From an uncultured Elusimicrobia bacterium (GTDB taxonomy: Bacteria; Elusimicrobiota; Elusimicrobia; 2-01-FULL-59-12): a stretch of DNA of 64,000 nucleotides. The DNA is taken from assembly GCA_963702895.1 (NCBI GenBank), contig OY969767.1, positions 1,386,506 to 1,450,505 of the forward strand. Reading direction: 5' to 3'. Below the pieces are notes generated by a model. It saw only the letters and a list, made by a program, of their open reading frames with translations, ran no database searches and was not told where the DNA came from. Shown here in pieces: positions 39,801 through 48,232 of the stretch (its first letter is position 1; each line of letters starts with the position of its first letter). The position numbers and the translations under genes are program-made.

Positions 39801-41371
39801 GTCTTCGGATAAGCGGCAAGCACCCTTTCAATGATATCTCGATCTCTGGCCCTACCATTGAAAAACCAACCCCCTACTCGGCGGCCGTGGTGGATTTCTT
39901 AAACAGCGACCCGGCGGCCTTTCAATCCAGCGTGCAGCTGGAGCAGCTCGACATCACCGACCATGATTCGCTGGACCCCGTTTTAGACGGTGTCGACCTG
40001 ATCATGGTCAACCACGTCATGGAATATTTGCACCCGGCGGACGTAAAGCCCTTCTTGCAACACCTGTACCAGAAGGCCCCGCAAGCCTGGTTGGCCATGG
40101 AAAATGAATACAGTACTCCCGCCGAAGCTCACCACCGCCAATGGATACCTTATCAGCCGACGCATTTGCCGGGCTTTCGCCCAACGGATTCAGGAAGCAG
40201 CTCACTTCCCGGCGAGAACACACCCCGGTCAGCGGCTGTGGTCGGCATCTTCGCCAGCTGGCTCGCGCTCAGTCAGGCCGCATCCTCCGCTCACCTCCCC
40301 AGTAGGTTGGAATCCCTGCTTTCATTCTTCTATTCGATATCGCCGCTCTTTCCCTGGCTCATGCTCGCCGCGACAGCGGTCTGGCTGGCGGGCACCTTTG
40401 TCGCGCTGAGAACTCTTTGGAGGCACCCCTCTCGGGTGCCGAGCATAAGACAGGGCGGTACGGCTTCGCCCAGCCCGGCCAGAGCGCTCACTTTTCGGTA
40501 CTATTCCGAACTGACCCCCGGACAAAAAGCTGATGTAACGCTAGCTTCATTAATCAGAAGGTTAGGAGCAAGACGTGAGGTGCACGTCTACGATACGAAA
40601 CCATTGGGCAGCCGGTGGGGCCAATTGCCGATCCTCACCCGGTGGAGCCTGCGCCGTTTCACGCGTAACCTGACCCCTGATCCGACAACACTCAGACTCG
40701 ATGCTCTCGTCGCCTATCGTGGAGACATTCCCATGGGTGTTTACGCGTTCATCGATCTCGGTCCAGATCGTCAAATTGTTATGGACAACGGCATCTACAT
40801 GGACGCCGACCAGAGGCAGAACGGATACGGTGGAAAACTCACGAAGGAACTCCTCAGCAGGCTGGCAGAGCGCGGGTACAGAATGTTCGTTTTGGGACCG
40901 CCTTTGGGAACGGCTGAAGCGGAGGGGCTCCGTCGGTGGCTGAGCGCTGCCCCAGGCGTTGAAACGCGGGGCAGAACAACCATCGTCCATCTCGCTAACT
41001 ACCGAACAAACACCGCCAATTCCCAAGCCGCCGGCAAACCCAAAGGCAAAACAAACGATTCCGCCCCGGAAGCGGAGCCCGCTGACGCGCCGCGCGGCAT
41101 AAAGCTTCGCAGTTCCGCGCTGGCCGGCGCTCTCGCCAGCGCGATCGCGCTCAGCCAGGCGCCGTTTGCCCCCCAACTGCCGGATTGGCTTTCTCCCCTC
41201 TTCAGCACGGCGAGTTCGCTGGCGCCGCTCGTTCCCTGGGTGGGGATGGCCGCCGTGATCGGTTGGCTTTTACGGCCAGCTCTGACTCGCATGCTGTTGA
41301 AGGCCCTTCCCCGCCTGCGCGGCAGTCGTTCATCCCGAGCCATCCATCATCACCTTCGAGCCGCGGCCTGA
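30851..41371 (+). CDS. Giant mosaic protein 3 (3506 aa): leader, NagB/6-phosphogluconolactonase-like domain, 2x SAM-MTase, transglutaminase-like, LysM-like, GNAT-like, many hairpin modules
   Basis: Uninterrupted ORF. Leader MPKSLIRIVALILVPCMLLDPSSAFA. NagB-like PTGSTP…NMDEYY…GHVAFNE (≈31384-31760). MTase LELGAGLGAI (≈33038-33400). TGase-like GDCDVL…SHAVMVI…EFDPS (≈35012-35190). LysM-like YRVQPGQSFNDIARLIF (≈35516-35570). MTase VVDLGVSTGE (≈39640-40090). GNAT-like …QRQNGYGGKLTKELL… (≈40690-40900). Confidence 0.8.
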   Translation: MPKSLIRIVALILVPCMLLDPSSAFAELARPAAWRAPFPAGVSLASPQATHAALRLDSFPFGIQALVPPSWLSRPISWIQRASELARQASRNRFQVRWTSLAGSPFSFPVLGTDERPIRPVQFSVSQNEIGGGQDGTGQIVTTPSGSRFQVFDTPQTMAAAQAGEIAEIIHANDAAGRITILILPTGSTPIPVYHELVRLYQARQLSFRNVHTFNMDEYYPGPQAPCAWAQHPQSYRRFMDELLFSKVDIPRANIHFLNGQAADPAAEAARYEQEFRDLAPNGADLELGGVGSRGHVAFNEAVVHLTDDFLQRLTSKNREALGLSNDFALEVTAGHELAALAMILQGHWNFREGETFVRWLRARIKTTGRITEESLQKLAERLRRQRVTIGWNPDSPDAKDIQDFVNQASARFGFPIELADLRKLDDSQTHLRELALSTVVDNSVHFAEPADIPTQALTMGLGTLRHSQRTRILASTPNKIPPLEQVAAGPVSEQVPVTDVLRHPDTRFLVTQAAIPPTVRTALARTSGLVLNSQPETRNPKAESGTPAARDTKLYTHPIAVMALAWMASSHFYSWDPAGTGLLLLLTIAPLMAWQGRIFRGKSGMNTFRRLDALLRHLRGLSYARCRELLATGLDRFVPPRRKHRQREFPAIALPAAAPGNPFQLRPPTAVELAFPSRYESAVHAKFVGNDPYDDRTRAIVQAHATAAYVDLMREIFKRTGGTLRGVSFLELGAGLGAIVDVLRTRAGVDAQGIEVRREFVQFARDHGVPLIQGTLLEVPLELAGKTFQITFSRQLLDAIETTDRATEGPMPSQVTHEEELRVLATIAALTAPGGWSIHQTYSSNPIPFTDEELTQAGFQIVSMNPRRTMMVLRRLSDPPPSSPVRRPEAAEETIKPEGKKGPSLYTHPIALMALAWMASSHFYGWDPAGILPLLLLLVPLMAWGPGRYRQWMTSLSGRGPRYKAKQWERKLDEDLRRLRGKGSKAGTLPFELYPGADAGARKPASPRPARPATQLPEAVPVSDPSVSLDLAPAAAVSLAPAAATAVSPPSPIADSPPPSTDGSPTRRPADPPTRRVAALDVDPAAPATSPFRPWRWIAAGIAVAAVVAALHFGPTTFRQFRDGSSTPRPSSSASQDYVYEPGPASETTHDRVRTMMGPYYGMDLQGHRAESGEPRADAGAPSQPPALNPLENIADIQLSGHAANEMLMMAFANTMEDGGVLSHAGRIDFVPSDKLTKERTKVTLILPALRQGQAMRMPIPLNRRVDPLSISDPRLWVDAQGWLTAREDTPPLTVTFDWITTLENGSFRANFPVTPWMEREFQDIPPEVRRDLDRALGLDEHGRASVLAGVVEKYLGYNQQQRVQLRRGTWNRFIGEVLETEGRFKGDCDVLATVGWIWARYLGLDAVMAAGRNNRGGGSRSGTNMSHAVMVIRIGGKWLEFDPSKWAPPVASESLAPDQPSADGKRLDAGPMPTPLKPSPQFVATFIPNPELFPPPRTGPPASAKPTAERPVPPGVGQESPKTEPGAKVGPAEKPASAKKPASTETPAKRPSTYRVQPGQSFNDIARLIFTDEKYPYPAALDLIVDNINHTIGGDPDRLMAGVDLIVRPTSAYSSPVAGMDWEWGLHRKYGRAWYERRHALLQQALTRESQRPSPYTSEYQSELRARAGARWRSIEFDILAINDILNWIEQRFGVRFQRVDLMQAMAQTMERSQIILKLTSTGRSKSGTTAAPKQTADGESAKRRSGEPADLPLGHSTKTSPDDRLIAPKSITPLMAGLLQAPLWWWGLSHLLGGPQTPLLTQAAFLALPAIPLGAALALFAAGVVVAGMAVLGRKVLKQTRPERIEIQLTPMDRPYQLDLVKSGGSHSRGDLIRLDLEEMRLEAHKTGVPGRMAVRRVYLEELGHAVDARRFVREGRPLSGFVRPNSPLQTYWDHHNPKDPEHDMKELVAGLRHILFAQTPFEAERALIKLSQVANDPTDSHYWGGRFALERILQRIDAGRGERVDDLTNYLPRLIYGSGAFPDLPTLRLLAKELCIENLRDYPPDGDGLPALSADGSRIDVPDETQQALATVWRAFETYTGKSLADDAVPTPEHVRHSQAARSGLPGFDRTGHSIHDPGLAQGRKMVGMVIAGLLQAPLWWWGLSHLLGGPQTPLLTQAAFLTMPAIPLGDALISFAVGAAWIVVAGMAVFGSGAPAPGQEGVSGPVSPGPSSNTAAAVRRSFEAQARVLAGIPTVTEFEANFPGTIRRVDLGPGYSNSLRAGEVPKIDFTRRIQGRVYQPPPASENDWPKWLDLYVEKDAQALVVRLMRAGFRPDYSNAYGDGLKGVWWTRTSHHTDTVGSNATNTFFTPLTEEDYLAPDQGEHPGETPNDPGAPVTPTEPPLNWIEKNDAALEQLSPIDRQLVDAILQGALHGDAELLAQYPEKVYIDPIEVGRSDEGRTIFLKLETSILVEGRYLTHLRFKGARPHKGRYGQGNQVAYLGRRGHVERPVTVDQEGRLTVFAGQLDPMGGMRRIGAANEYALMQSENSQGAYRTDVPIGWGIFPGFAFENEPLGWAIAGMEGPDVRINGRRQNQLILRSRTNDPYGMIELSQEQSQHLARLIGESICAYHQKGRYHRYPHFGNIGVAYDTVTRSIRSVVLRDLETSVRKDSLSGSPKEIENQIIAWRFRDVIRLIYQFSFRPRPNDPLIGALLRGYFPEGTLRNDDLQALLVTICRPNFLDDYASLFYDDETQDLSNLIDTLDIQSHPNYQHLWNAIRQSMASQPATPEGNDGSATQEHPGRIDPTGLRRVLPAIALLAALPWTYGFTSISGSPGSGAAIPLGAALALFAAGIAVLISGNSPRKRKILTKAASHKAGRQKPVSGDAPGPSRHVYPDPVVMEKSRYDLPKSLKSWSWLARNKDQRQWLRDVFLPRLLATQNLRAPGQIKVVDLGVSTGEVLARTYYEIFQHLIENTLKGTWKARMVGVDRDATVLAEARLRISGKHPFNDISISGPTIEKPTPYSAAVVDFLNSDPAAFQSSVQLEQLDITDHDSLDPVLDGVDLIMVNHVMEYLHPADVKPFLQHLYQKAPQAWLAMENEYSTPAEAHHRQWIPYQPTHLPGFRPTDSGSSSLPGENTPRSAAVVGIFASWLALSQAASSAHLPSRLESLLSFFYSISPLFPWLMLAATAVWLAGTFVALRTLWRHPSRVPSIRQGGTASPSPARALTFRYYSELTPGQKADVTLASLIRRLGARREVHVYDTKPLGSRWGQLPILTRWSLRRFTRNLTPDPTTLRLDALVAYRGDIPMGVYAFIDLGPDRQIVMDNGIYMDADQRQNGYGGKLTKELLSRLAERGYRMFVLGPPLGTAEAEGLRRWLSAAPGVETRGRTTIVHLANYRTNTANSQAAGKPKGKTNDSAPEAEPADAPRGIKLRSSALAGALASAIALSQAPFAPQLPDWLSPLFSTASSLAPLVPWVGMAAVIGWLLRPALTRMLLKALPRLRGSRSSRAIHHHLRAAA

Positions 41372-41400
41372 CCCGAGAGATTAGCCGGGAAACTGCAGTT

Positions 41401-41537
41401 GCCGTCACCCCGGCGGATTGTTAGCCGGCCCTCCACACATCCGGCGGGCCGTCCGCCCTGCCGTGTGGCGGACGGGGTCTATCACCGTCGTAAACGGAAT
41501 GATGGATCCCCCCCTTACGACCGGGGGGGATGACGGT
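41401..41537. mobile_element. MITE-like element family B copy 2 (intergenic)
   Basis: GCCGTCACCCCGGCGG…GCCGGCCCTCCACACATCCGGCGGGCCGTCCGCCCTGCCGTGTGGCGGACGGGGTCTATCACC…GGGGGGGATGACGG. >90% identical to copy 1 over the core. Confidence 0.75.
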
Positions 41538-41606
41538 ACAAAAAAGTCCCGACGTCTCAGTCAATAAAGAACGTTCAACAGAACTTTTCCGGTTAGGTAA
41601 GCTCCT

Positions 41607-41775
41607 CGAAGATTAGGCAGGCCCCCCCCAGAAAGATTAGGTAGGTTGTCCGAAAGATTAAGCAGGATGACGGAAAGAATGATACGGCTCCTCGAAGAAT
41701 GAGACGCTTGCTCCGGAAAGAATGAGACGGTTGGCAGAAAGAATGAGACGGTTCCTGGGAAAAGACGAACCGGGA
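41607..41775. repeat. Tandem array of ~8 units with 21-22 bp period (GAAAGA[AT]T[AG]AG[AG]CGG…)
   Basis: Direct repeats GAAAGATTAGGCAGG… / GAAAGATTAGGTAGG… / GAAAGATTAAGCAGG… / GAAAGAATGATACGG… / GAAGAATGAGACGC… / GAAAGAATGAGACGGTTGG… / GAAAGAATGAGACGGTTCC…. Lies between convergent genes. Confidence 0.75.
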
Positions 41776-41869
41776 AAAGTTCTATTGAGCTTGTTGTATC
41801 GGCTCCGGGGTCTGAAACAAAGTTCTAAAAAGTGTTCCGCTGGGCCTGGCCCCAAGTTCAGACTTAGCG

Positions 41870-42334
41870 CTATGACGCGTCCGGGGTGATACCTTTGACG
41901 ATGTCGCGGACTTCAGTCTTTCGGCGCTCCATTTCATCACCAAGCTTGTTGAGTCCCTCTGAATCCAGGACCCGCTCCGAAAGCGGGAATAGCCCCTCTT
42001 CTTCCTTCGAAAAATGCGTCTCAAGAAGCACTCTCACCTGGAGGGCATAAGACCGCCATTCCTTGCTTTTGGCCGCATGCCCCAAGCGGAGCTGGGTCAG
42101 GAGCTCGTTGATATCTTTGTGTTCCTGAGCGATTTCGTCGGAGAGACGCCGCAAGGACGACTCCTTCTGCAGCGCCGGCAGGAAAATAGCGTCTTCAAAC
42201 CAGGCATGGCCGACTACGGTGCGGTGCAGCGTGCTGGCGATCTCCCCAAATCGCGGGTTTTCGGGATGAAAAGCTTCCATCACCTTGCGAATGAGCCGGT
42301 GGTCGGTGAGGAGTTTGTCGGTTGCTTTGGTCAT
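41870..42334 (-). CDS. Hemerythrin-like (HHE cation-binding) domain protein
   Basis: 154-aa ORF with spaced H/E ligand motifs (LLTDHRLI…HAWFEDAIFLP…EHKDI…HFSKEEEGLFP). Confidence 0.7.
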   Translation of the reverse strand: MTKATDKLLTDHRLIRKVMEAFHPENPRFGEIASTLHRTVVGHAWFEDAIFLPALQKESSLRRLSDEIAQEHKDINELLTQLRLGHAAKSKEWRSYALQVRVLLETHFSKEEEGLFPLSERVLDSEGLNKLGDEMERRKTEVRDIVKGITPDAS

Positions 42335-42687
42335 GACTTGGCAGGCGGCTCCCCCGGTTTCACCATGACGAGAAGCATTTTGAATCGTTTGACCGCCTTC
42401 AGGGCATGCGGGTGGTTGGCCGGCATCATGAAGATTTCCCCCTTACGCACCCGTACGGGCTTTCCGGAGATGGAGATCTCGGCCTCGCCGTCAAGAAGAT
42501 ACACCAGCGCGTCATAGGGCGCCGTATGCTCGCTTAACTCCTGAGCTTCGTCAAAGGCGAAGAACGTGACGCTGCCGGTCGGCTTCTGGATGAGTTTGCG
42601 GCTGACGATGCTTTCGGTTTGGTAGTCCGACCAATCGACGAGGGGCGCGGGCTGCGTACAAAGATCTTCGATGCGCTTGTTATCCAT
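42331..42687 (-). CDS. Cupin-domain protein
   Basis: Cupin_2 β-barrel motifs (…VTFFAFDEAQELSEHTAPYDALVYLLDGEAEISISGKPVRVRKGEIFMMPANHPHALKAV…). Start set at internal MDNKRIEDL. The longer ORF-track N-terminus runs into element B3. Confidence 0.65.
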   Translation of the reverse strand: MDNKRIEDLCTQPAPLVDWSDYQTESIVSRKLIQKPTGSVTFFAFDEAQELSEHTAPYDALVYLLDGEAEISISGKPVRVRKGEIFMMPANHPHALKAVKRFKMLLVMVKPGEPPAKS

Positions 42688-42758
42688 AGGATATGCCTTG
42701 AATAATGAAGATTCCTTTCGTTCCTGATTGATGCAATTGATGACTGCGGTGTTTAGTG

Positions 42759-42835
42759 CCGTCACCCCGGCGAACGCCGGGGTCTATCGAATATCGAAGG
42801 AAAATAATGGATCCCGGCTTTCGCCGGGATGACGT
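42759..42835. mobile_element. MITE-like element family B copy 3 (short form lacking central hairpin)
   Basis: GCCGTCACCCCGGCGAACGCCGGGGTCTATCGAA…AATGGATCCCGGCTTTCGCCGGGATGACG. Same termini as copies 1, 2 and 4. Intergenic between the cupin gene and rpoD. Confidence 0.65.
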
Positions 42836-42856
42836 CAGCTGCAGTGCTCCGGCTGA

Positions 42857-44599
<1,743 letters not shown>

Positions 44600-44607
<8 letters not shown>

Positions 44608-46405
44608 GTAAGGAAGCCTCCCTCGAAATGTTCAAATCCGGTTTGGAACCTTTGAGTCGACGTGAGAGGCTGTTGTAGTGCTGTATCTTTTGGGCATCTT
44701 GCGGCAGGCGCCCCTCAATCATCGCATCAATGTCCTGCTTTAAATCTTGCCATTCCTGATGCTCCTGGCTCTTGCGCCAGCTTTCCATCAGCTCCTGCAT
44801 CAGCGCCGCGGGCTTTGTGTACTGGCGGTCCTGCATGAGCCTGGCTGAGAGCCAATCGCGCGTATTCTCAGGAAGCGCGCCGAGGAGATCCGCGAGAGGG
44901 AACGTCCCCTCCGCCGCTTGGGTCCGTGCCATCTTCCAGACTTCCGCGCACGGGGGAGTCCGCCAAGCTAAGGAGTCCAGCATCGTTCTCCCCTCGTCGG
45001 AGGGATGTCGCAGGAATAAAACGAGGAGCTCCTCCTCGAGGGGAACGATCCCGGGCAGCGCCTCCGAGGGAGCGCTCGCCGTCGTCGGTGTTGGGGGACG
45101 ACGATCTGTTTCGAGCCGCATGCGCTTCATTTGCTGGCCAAGGACCGACTTTTCGACCCTCAAGACGTTGGCCAAGCGGCCCAGATATTCATCCTGCAGC
45201 AGGGGGTCCTTGATCTTATGGATGACCGGCAGGACGTCCTGCGCGATCGCGAGCTTGGTTTCCGGAGCGTAACCGGGATGCCGCTTTTGTGCGGCCGCGA
45301 TAAAATAGTCCATAAACGGCATCGCCTTCTCGAGATACTGCATCAGAGACGCGTGTCCCTCCTTCACGAGAATCTCATCCGGGTCGAGCCCGCCGGGAAG
45401 CGTGACCGTATCGACGGTGAAGCCGTCTGCGACCAACAGCTCGCCGCCGCGAAGCGTCGCCTGGGCCCCCGCCGCATCGGGATCAAAGAGGAGGGTCACG
45501 CGGTCCGCATAGCGGCGCAATATTCTCACATGATCTTCGGTCAAGGCTGTTCCCAAGGTGGCCATGGTCTGGAGCAAGCCATATTGATGGCAGGTCACCA
45601 CATCCATGTAGCCTTCCAGGATCACCGCATGGCGCTCCTTGCGCAAAGTCGCCAGGCCCTGAAAAAGACCGTACAAATGCCTGCTCTTCGAGTAGACCGG
45701 CGTTTCCGAAGAGTTGATGTATTTGGGCATGGCGTCCCCCATGGCCCGGCCTCCAAAGGCCACGGTGCGTCCCTGGACATCGGTAATGGGAAAGATGATG
45801 CGGTTCCAGAAAGCGTCGTAGATGCGGTCGCCGCCTTCTTTTCTTCGCACCAGGCCCGCCTTCTCGAGGCGATCGATGGGCCAGCCCTTGCGGGAAGCCG
45901 CGTCACGCAGCGCGCAGCCCGAAGCCGGCGCGAAGCCGATCAGAAAAGAACGAAGCGTCTCGGGGGTCAGGCCGCGCTTGGCCAAGTAGAGGCGCGCGGC
46001 CTCCGCCTCTTGAGACTCCATCAGGTGGCGATGGTAAAACGTGGCGGCGTCTTCGAGCAGCCCGTAGAGGTCCTGTTTTTGGCGGGCATCGGCGGAGAGG
46101 TCTTCGCGATGGTCGGTTTCAATCGTCACCCCCACGCGCGCCGCGAGTTTTCGGATGGCCTCCGGGTACGACAGGCCTTCGGTCAGCATCAGAAATTTGA
46201 AAGCGTCGCCGCCCACGCCGCAGCCAAAGCATTTGAAGACGCCCATCTCGGGATTGACGTTGAACGAAGGCGTCCGCTCTTCATGAAAGGGGCAGCGGGC
46301 CATAAAATTACGGCCTCGCTTCTTGAGCGTGGGCACGTGCTCGCGCACAAGTTCAGCCAGATTCAAGCTCTCCCGGATCCGGGCGATGGTTTCTTCTGGA
46401 ATCAT
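44600..46405 (-). CDS. dnaG: DNA primase DnaG
   Basis: 601-aa ORF with an N-terminal zinc ribbon CPFHEERTPSFNVNPEMGVFKCFGCGVGGD and a TOPRIM core. Part of the rpsU-dnaG-rpoD arrangement. Confidence 0.9.
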
Positions 46406-46478
46406 TTTTATAGAGGGGAGAAGGGGGAAGGGCGATGAGAGACGGGTCTCCTCTCACCCCTCGCCTCTCACTCCTCGG

Positions 46479-46925
46479 TCAGCCTTTTAGTAATTGTTGA
46501 ACGAACTGCTGGGCCAGTTTTCCATCGGCCCGCCCCTTGATTTGGGGCATGAGGGCCGACATCACTTTGCCCATGTCCTGCGGACCTTTGGCGCCCGCAG
46601 AAGCGATCGCCGCCTGCACCAGGCTCTTGAGCTCGTTTTCGCTCAGCGGCTCGGGAAGATAAGCTTTCAAGACGTGAAGCTCCGCCTCTTCCTTGGACAC
46701 AAGGTCCTGGCGCCCTGCCTTTTCATACTCCGCCATGGACTCTTTGCGGCGCTTGGCTTCGGCCTGGACGACCTCGAGGATTTCCCCTTCCGGAAGGGTC
46801 TTCTTTTTTTCCACTTCCTTGTACCGGATCGCCGAGACGAGCATCCGCAAGGTGGACATGCGGACGCTGTCCTTTTTCTTCATGGCTTCGAGAAGTTCTT
46901 TGGAAATCTGATCCAAGCTCAGCAC
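46479..46925 (-). CDS. yqeY: GatB/YqeY domain protein
   Basis: 148-aa ORF matching YqeY family throughout (…RMLVSAIRYKEVEKKK…MAEYEKAGRQDLVSKEEAEL…). Confidence 0.75.
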   Translation of the reverse strand: MLSLDQISKELLEAMKKKDSVRMSTLRMLVSAIRYKEVEKKKTLPEGEILEVVQAEAKRRKESMAEYEKAGRQDLVSKEEAELHVLKAYLPEPLSENELKSLVQAAIASAGAKGPQDMGKVMSALMPQIKGRADGKLAQQFVQQLLKG

Positions 46926-46934
46926 GCGGGCACC

Positions 46935-47126
46935 CTATCCCTTCATCATGCGGCGCCGCATCTTGCGACGCGCCTCAAGCGCCTTTTTCTTACGCCGGAC
47001 GCTCGGCGGTTCGTAATATTCCCGCCGTTTGATTTCCTGCATGATCCCGTTGCGCTCGCATTCCTTTTTGAAACGACGAAGCGCTTCCTCAATCGATTCA
47101 TTCTCTCTTACTTTAATGACGACCAA
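46935..47126 (-). CDS. rpsU: 30S ribosomal protein S21
   Basis: 63-aa basic protein [48 protein letters not shown]… Classic location upstream of dnaG. Confidence 0.9.
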   Translation of the reverse strand: MVVIKVRENESIEEALRRFKKECERNGIMQEIKRREYYEPPSVRRKKKALEARRKMRRRMMKG

Positions 47127-47226
47127 AGTCCCACCATCCTTTCATCACACCGATGACAGATAAAATCCCTGGGGCGAAAAGGAGGACGCCTTTGTTTCCC
47201 CTCGTCCCTACTGACGGATCCCGTAC

Positions 47227-47583
47227 TCAGCCCGGAGGCCAGCGGAGTGGACGACCCGCTAAAACGTGATAATGGAGATGTCCGACGGCTTGTCCGGAAT
47301 CCTTCCCATGATTGACGACGGTCCGAAAACCTTTTTCTGCAATATTCTCTTGCCTGGCGACCCTTTGAATCGTGCGATGCAGGTCGAGCAAGCCGTCTTT
47401 GTGCGACGGCTCTAAAGCCATCAAATTATCGATATGCGCTTTCGGTATAACCAGAATGTGGACAGGCGCTCCGGGGTGGATATCGCGAAATGCCAGTGAC
47501 TGATCGGTTTCCGCAACGATGGTGGCCGGAATTTTTCTAGCCACAATGCCACAAAACAAACACGCTTCTCCAGCTCCCGCCAT
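47227..47583 (-). CDS. HIT-family (histidine triad) hydrolase
   Basis: 118-aa ORF with a zinc-binding CxxC and the HxHxHVL triad (GHLHYHVLAG). Confidence 0.8.
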   Translation of the reverse strand: MAGAGEACLFCGIVARKIPATIVAETDQSLAFRDIHPGAPVHILVIPKAHIDNLMALEPSHKDGLLDLHRTIQRVARQENIAEKGFRTVVNHGKDSGQAVGHLHYHVLAGRPLRWPPG

Positions 47584-47600
47584 TGGAAGCCGGTATTATA

Positions 47601-47879
47601 TCAGGATTTCGTTGAAAAGATGCGCTGAAGCAGACGTTCTGCGAAGGGCATATGGCGCCGCAAAAGGAAGGGCGCCGCAAGCGGTATTCCGACTTCGAGA
47701 AACCTTCCCAGGATGCCGCCCCGAGTGACAAAACTGAGCGCCAGGCGCGCCCAGGCCGGCATCTTCATCCCGTACTCATCGAGCATCCGGAAGGGGTAGG
47801 AGGAAAGCCTCGTGGCCCTTCGGCCCCGAAGCCGGTCCAGGAGCGCCGAGCGGCTTAGGATAAAATTTTCTGAATCCAA
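47601..47879 (-). CDS. Hypothetical protein downstream of holin-like gene
   Basis: 92-aa ORF overlapping the stop of 47855-48232 by 25 nt. No recognisable motif. Confidence 0.3.
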   Translation of the reverse strand: MDSENFILSRSALLDRLRGRRATRLSSYPFRMLDEYGMKMPAWARLALSFVTRGGILGRFLEVGIPLAAPFLLRRHMPFAERLLQRIFSTKS

Positions 47880-48232
47880 TGGATGGTCTCCTGGAGTTCA
47901 CGTTGGGTCGAAGCAAAGGGAGGCCCCACACGCTTATCGCGCCGTGCCAAGCGATAAATCACGAAGGCGATCACAAAATAGAGGGCCCCAAAGATCAGCG
48001 CCGAAAGACTTAAAGGCAGGCCAAGCTTCATCAGACCGCCAATGAGCGCGACCTGCAGCACGATAAAGCCGGTCAGCACAAGGACCAAGATACAGGCGGC
48101 GCAAACGAGGCGCTTCGTGACCCGCTCCGTTTCGTAACGCAATTCGAGCGATGCCAGTTCCACATGATCGGAAAGCTGTCCCGCGACCTCTTTCCAGATG
48201 GTCTGGCGCTCGGGTGGACCGTTCTCAGTCAT
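47855..48232 (-). CDS. Phage-holin-family-3/DUF1469-like small membrane protein
   Basis: 125 aa: an amphipathic N-terminus, then two TM helices (…LVCAACILVLVLTGFIVLQVALIGG…LSALIFGALYFVIAFVIY…) and a charged tail. This architecture is typical of the family. Confidence 0.5.
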   Translation of the reverse strand: MTENGPPERQTIWKEVAGQLSDHVELASLELRYETERVTKRLVCAACILVLVLTGFIVLQVALIGGLMKLGLPLSLSALIFGALYFVIAFVIYRLARRDKRVGPPFASTQRELQETIHWIQKILS

